From the sequence record SRR31156797_21721: a DNA stretch of 40,678 nt; one strand, written 5' to 3'. Positions within the stretch are counted from its first letter, which is position 1. Every line of letters starts with the position of its first letter. Below are positions 38,394 through 40,678 of this stretch, piece after piece. The notes beneath the pieces were generated by a model that saw nothing but the letters and a program-made list of their open reading frames with translations, made no database searches and had not been told where the DNA came from. A program made the translations under genes and the position numbers.

Positions 38394-39575
38394 TTAATCG
38401 ATCGGTTGGTCTTTAAACGCGGCGGCGATTTGATTGAGTGCTTTTTCTAATAGCTCTTTAGGGCAGGCAAAGTTTAGCCGCATATGGTGACTCCCGTGGG
38501 GACCAAAGATACTTCCTTGATTCAACACGACGCTGGCTTCTTTGATCAGTTTTCTATGTAGCTGATTGTCCGTTAGGCCATAGGCAGAAAAATCTAGCCA
38601 GATCAAGTAAGTTCCTTCAGGCTTTTGAAACGACACGGTTGGCAGTTGGTCAGTCAAAAAGTCACAGACAAAGGTGCGATTTGCCTCTAAGTAGGACAAT
38701 AGTTCTTCTAACCATTCTTCAGATTCACGATACGCTGCTTCAGTAGCGATCAATCCAAACGTATTGATCTCCCCTTGAACGTTACGCTCCTGTGTTTTTG
38801 AAAATTGGCTGCGCAAGGTTTTATCTTTGATGAATACCATCGAATTTTTGATCCCAGCTAAATTAAAGGTCTTGGTTGCTGAAGTCAAGATGATTGAAAA
38901 ATCGGCAAAGTTTGGCTCAACTGTTTGGAAAGAAACAAAGTGATTTGGCGCAAAAACGATGTCTTGATGAATCTCATCACTGACAACGATCACTTGATGT
39001 TTTTGACAAATACGGCCGATCGCCAGTAGTTCTTCTTTGGACCATACCCGGCCACCAGGATTATGCGGATTACATAGAAGAAACAATTTTACCTTCTTTT
39101 CGATGATCGTTCGTTCCATCGCATCAAAATCGATGACGAAGCGTCCATCTTTTTCCAATAAGGGTTCTTGAATTAAGGTACGCTGATTGTTTTTGACAAC
39201 ATGGGCAAAGGGATGGTAAACCGGATCGTGGATCAATACGGCATCTCCTTCTTGGGTGTAACTTTGGATCGCTAGTGCAATACTAGGAACGACACCGCTA
39301 TTAAAAAGGATCGCTTCTTTATTGATGGTATAACCATGACGTCTTTGCTGCCAATCGATGATGGATTCAAGCAGCGAATCAGGGATGGTGGAGTACCCAT
39401 AGATCCCTTGGGCAACTGCTTTTTCTAACGCTTTTTTCACTGGTTCTGGTGCCAGAAAATCCATGTCGGCTACCCAAAGCGGCAATAAGTTTTCTTCCTT
39501 ATAGGTTTTTGCAATTGTATCCCATTTGACGCTATTGGTATTTAAGCGCGGATGAACTTTGTCAAAATTGATCAT
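38394..39575 (-). CDS. MalY/PatB-family PLP-dependent C-S lyase
   Basis: PLWVADMDF, LCNPHNPGG, SDEIH, SATKTFNLAG, PEGTYL.WLD, RLNFACP. Confidence 0.93.
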   Translation of the reverse strand: MINFDKVHPRLNTNSVKWDTIAKTYKEENLLPLWVADMDFLAPEPVKKALEKAVAQGIYGYSTIPDSLLESIIDWQQRRHGYTINKEAILFNSGVVPSIALAIQSYTQEGDAVLIHDPVYHPFAHVVKNNQRTLIQEPLLEKDGRFVIDFDAMERTIIEKKVKLFLLCNPHNPGGRVWSKEELLAIGRICQKHQVIVVSDEIHQDIVFAPNHFVSFQTVEPNFADFSIILTSATKTFNLAGIKNSMVFIKDKTLRSQFSKTQERNVQGEINTFGLIATEAAYRESEEWLEELLSYLEANRTFVCDFLTDQLPTVSFQKPEGTYLIWLDFSAYGLTDNQLHRKLIKEASVVLNQGSIFGPHGSHHMRLNFACPKELLEKALNQIAAAFKDQPID

Positions 39576-39668
39576 GCGTTTCCCTCCTATATTGTGTAAC
39601 GTTGTTTCTGATGCTTCAAATCTACCACTAGTTCAAGTATAATGAAAGTGGAAAAGAGAGGAAAGACT

Positions 39669-40049
39669 ATGAATTATCAAATCGGGAACATTATAGAAGG
39701 AACAGTCACTGGGATTCAACCCTATGGTGCATTTGTTTCGTTAGATAAAGAAACGCAAGGCTTGATCCATGTTTCAGAGATCCAATCCGGGTTTACTAAA
39801 AATATCCATGAAGTCTTACAGATCGGCCAAAAAATCCGTGTACAAATCATTGATATTGACGAATACAGCCAAAAGATCAGTTTGTCCCGCCGTACATTGG
39901 AAACAAGTTTTGTTCAGCCACCCTTTAAGCGTAAACGCTACTTTACAAATAAGAATAAGCGGATTGGTTTCCGTACGGTTGGAGAAGCTTTACCAGTGTG
40001 GGTGAAAGAAGCTAAAGAAATGTTAGAAAAAGAAAACAGCAACAGATAA
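39669..40049 (+). CDS. S1-domain RNA-binding protein (GSP13/YugI/CvfD-like)
   Basis: GTVTGIQPYGAFV...GLIHVSEI...KISLS; ATG at 39669 follows AGAGGA. Confidence 0.9.
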   Translation: MNYQIGNIIEGTVTGIQPYGAFVSLDKETQGLIHVSEIQSGFTKNIHEVLQIGQKIRVQIIDIDEYSQKISLSRRTLETSFVQPPFKRKRYFTNKNKRIGFRTVGEALPVWVKEAKEMLEKENSNR

Positions 40050-40107
40050 TCGTGCATATTTTCTGAAAATGTGCTAAAATTAGTTTACAAACAGATGAAT
40101 AACTGAG

Positions 40108-40479
40108 GTGGGTATTTTGGGATCCAAAAAAGTAGCGGGTACAGTTATGATGCACTTAACAAATGGTTCGAAACGATTTTTGATGCAAATACACGAAGGC
40201 ACTGCGGAATTAGCGTCAACGGATTTTTCTGAAGATAAAACCGGCTTGGCTACGATCTTACAATTGTTTAAAGACCGTATTCACCTTGATGTGACAGCGA
40301 TCGAACTCGTTGAACTCACAAACGGAAATATTGATACGCAAAATATTCCTTTATTTGTTTTTGAAACACAAGAAGCAGGACAAACGCAACAGCTGCCAGA
40401 GGGGTATGCGTGGGAAGAGCCCAATATCTTTCGTAAGATCATTGAAGACTATAAGATCGAAGGCGTTCCGTTCTTTTAG
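40108..40479 (+). CDS. Hypothetical protein; true start may be the TTG at 40117
   Basis: ORF with an upstream TGCTAAAAT -10, GAGGTG RBS and a downstream terminator. Confidence 0.75.
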   Translation: MGILGSKKVAGTVMMHLTNGSKRFLMQIHEGTAELASTDFSEDKTGLATILQLFKDRIHLDVTAIELVELTNGNIDTQNIPLFVFETQEAGQTQQLPEGYAWEEPNIFRKIIEDYKIEGVPFF

Positions 40480-40504
40480 CAACTGTATACTAGTGAAAAG
40501 ACTG

Positions 40505-40529
40505 AAGACCGTTATGACGGTCTTTTTTT
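40505..40529 (+). terminator. Intrinsic terminator
   Basis: AAGACCGT-TATG-ACGGTCTT followed by a T run. Confidence 0.85.
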
Positions 40530-40539
40530 ATTGAAAACT

Positions 40540-40678
40540 TTTTGTAAATAAAATGAAATATTTCCTTGACCTGAGTCAAGAAGAATGGTAAATTAGTCAA
40601 CGTTGGCAATTGAGTCAGCGGGTCAAAAATGCTTTTGAAAAAACTTCAAAAAAAGACTTGACCAAAAATGAAACAGAT
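40540..40678 (+). promoter_or_regulatory. Tandem sigma-A promoters, probably rRNA operon P1/P2
   Basis: AT-rich UP region, then TTGACC (40566-40571), 17 bp, TAAATT (40589-40594) with extended TG. A second TTGACC at 40658 follows A tracts. The downstream gene is outside the window. Confidence 0.6.

Noticed and set aside
208-40534. Numerous 60-180-aa ORFs antisense to or nested within long genes (e.g. 208-507, 7252-7647, 9943-10344, 23532-24056, 32878-33423, 33718-34119)
   Set aside because: They are shadows of well-supported genes, with no RBS or recognisable motifs.
1-40678. CRISPR array, tRNA, rRNA, IS transposase, integrase, phage or defence genes
   Set aside because: I saw no repeat-spacer pattern or matching motifs by eye.

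Overview
This window looks like low-GC Firmicute chromosomal DNA, most likely an Enterococcus of the casseliflavus/gallinarum type (inferred from gene content, not verified). The left ~23 kb is an accessory cell-surface island. It starts with the 3' end of an LPXTG protein and a stand-alone serine recombinase. It carries four Mga-like regulator paralogues: two intact, one 5'-truncated and one with a single in-frame stop. Its centre is a probable operon in which a 1202-aa secreted beta-helix/Ig-repeat protein with no recognisable anchor and a lipoprotein precede a Wzx/Wzy-type polysaccharide pathway (WecC, CpsC/CpsD, priming transferase, TagA/WecG, Wzy-like, Wzx, GT4, WecB). That pathway probably makes a ManNAcA-containing polymer and has no local LCP ligase or CpsB phosphatase. 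At ~20090 a rearrangement joins a headless Mga gene back-to-back with a headless WxL gene. The right ~17.5 kb is ordinary core genome: heterodimeric ABC exporter with MerR regulator, rsmF-like methyltransferase, tadA, SRP RNA, yunD/yutD/yutF/yutG-like genes, YqeK-like HD protein, YumC-like reductase, cyclophilin, PatB and an S1 protein. It ends in tandem strong promoters typical of an rRNA operon. The best candidate for an undescribed system is the Mga-flanked module of surface protein, lipoprotein and dedicated glycan, together with its structured upstream RNAs. All family calls come from motifs read by eye; no database search was run.
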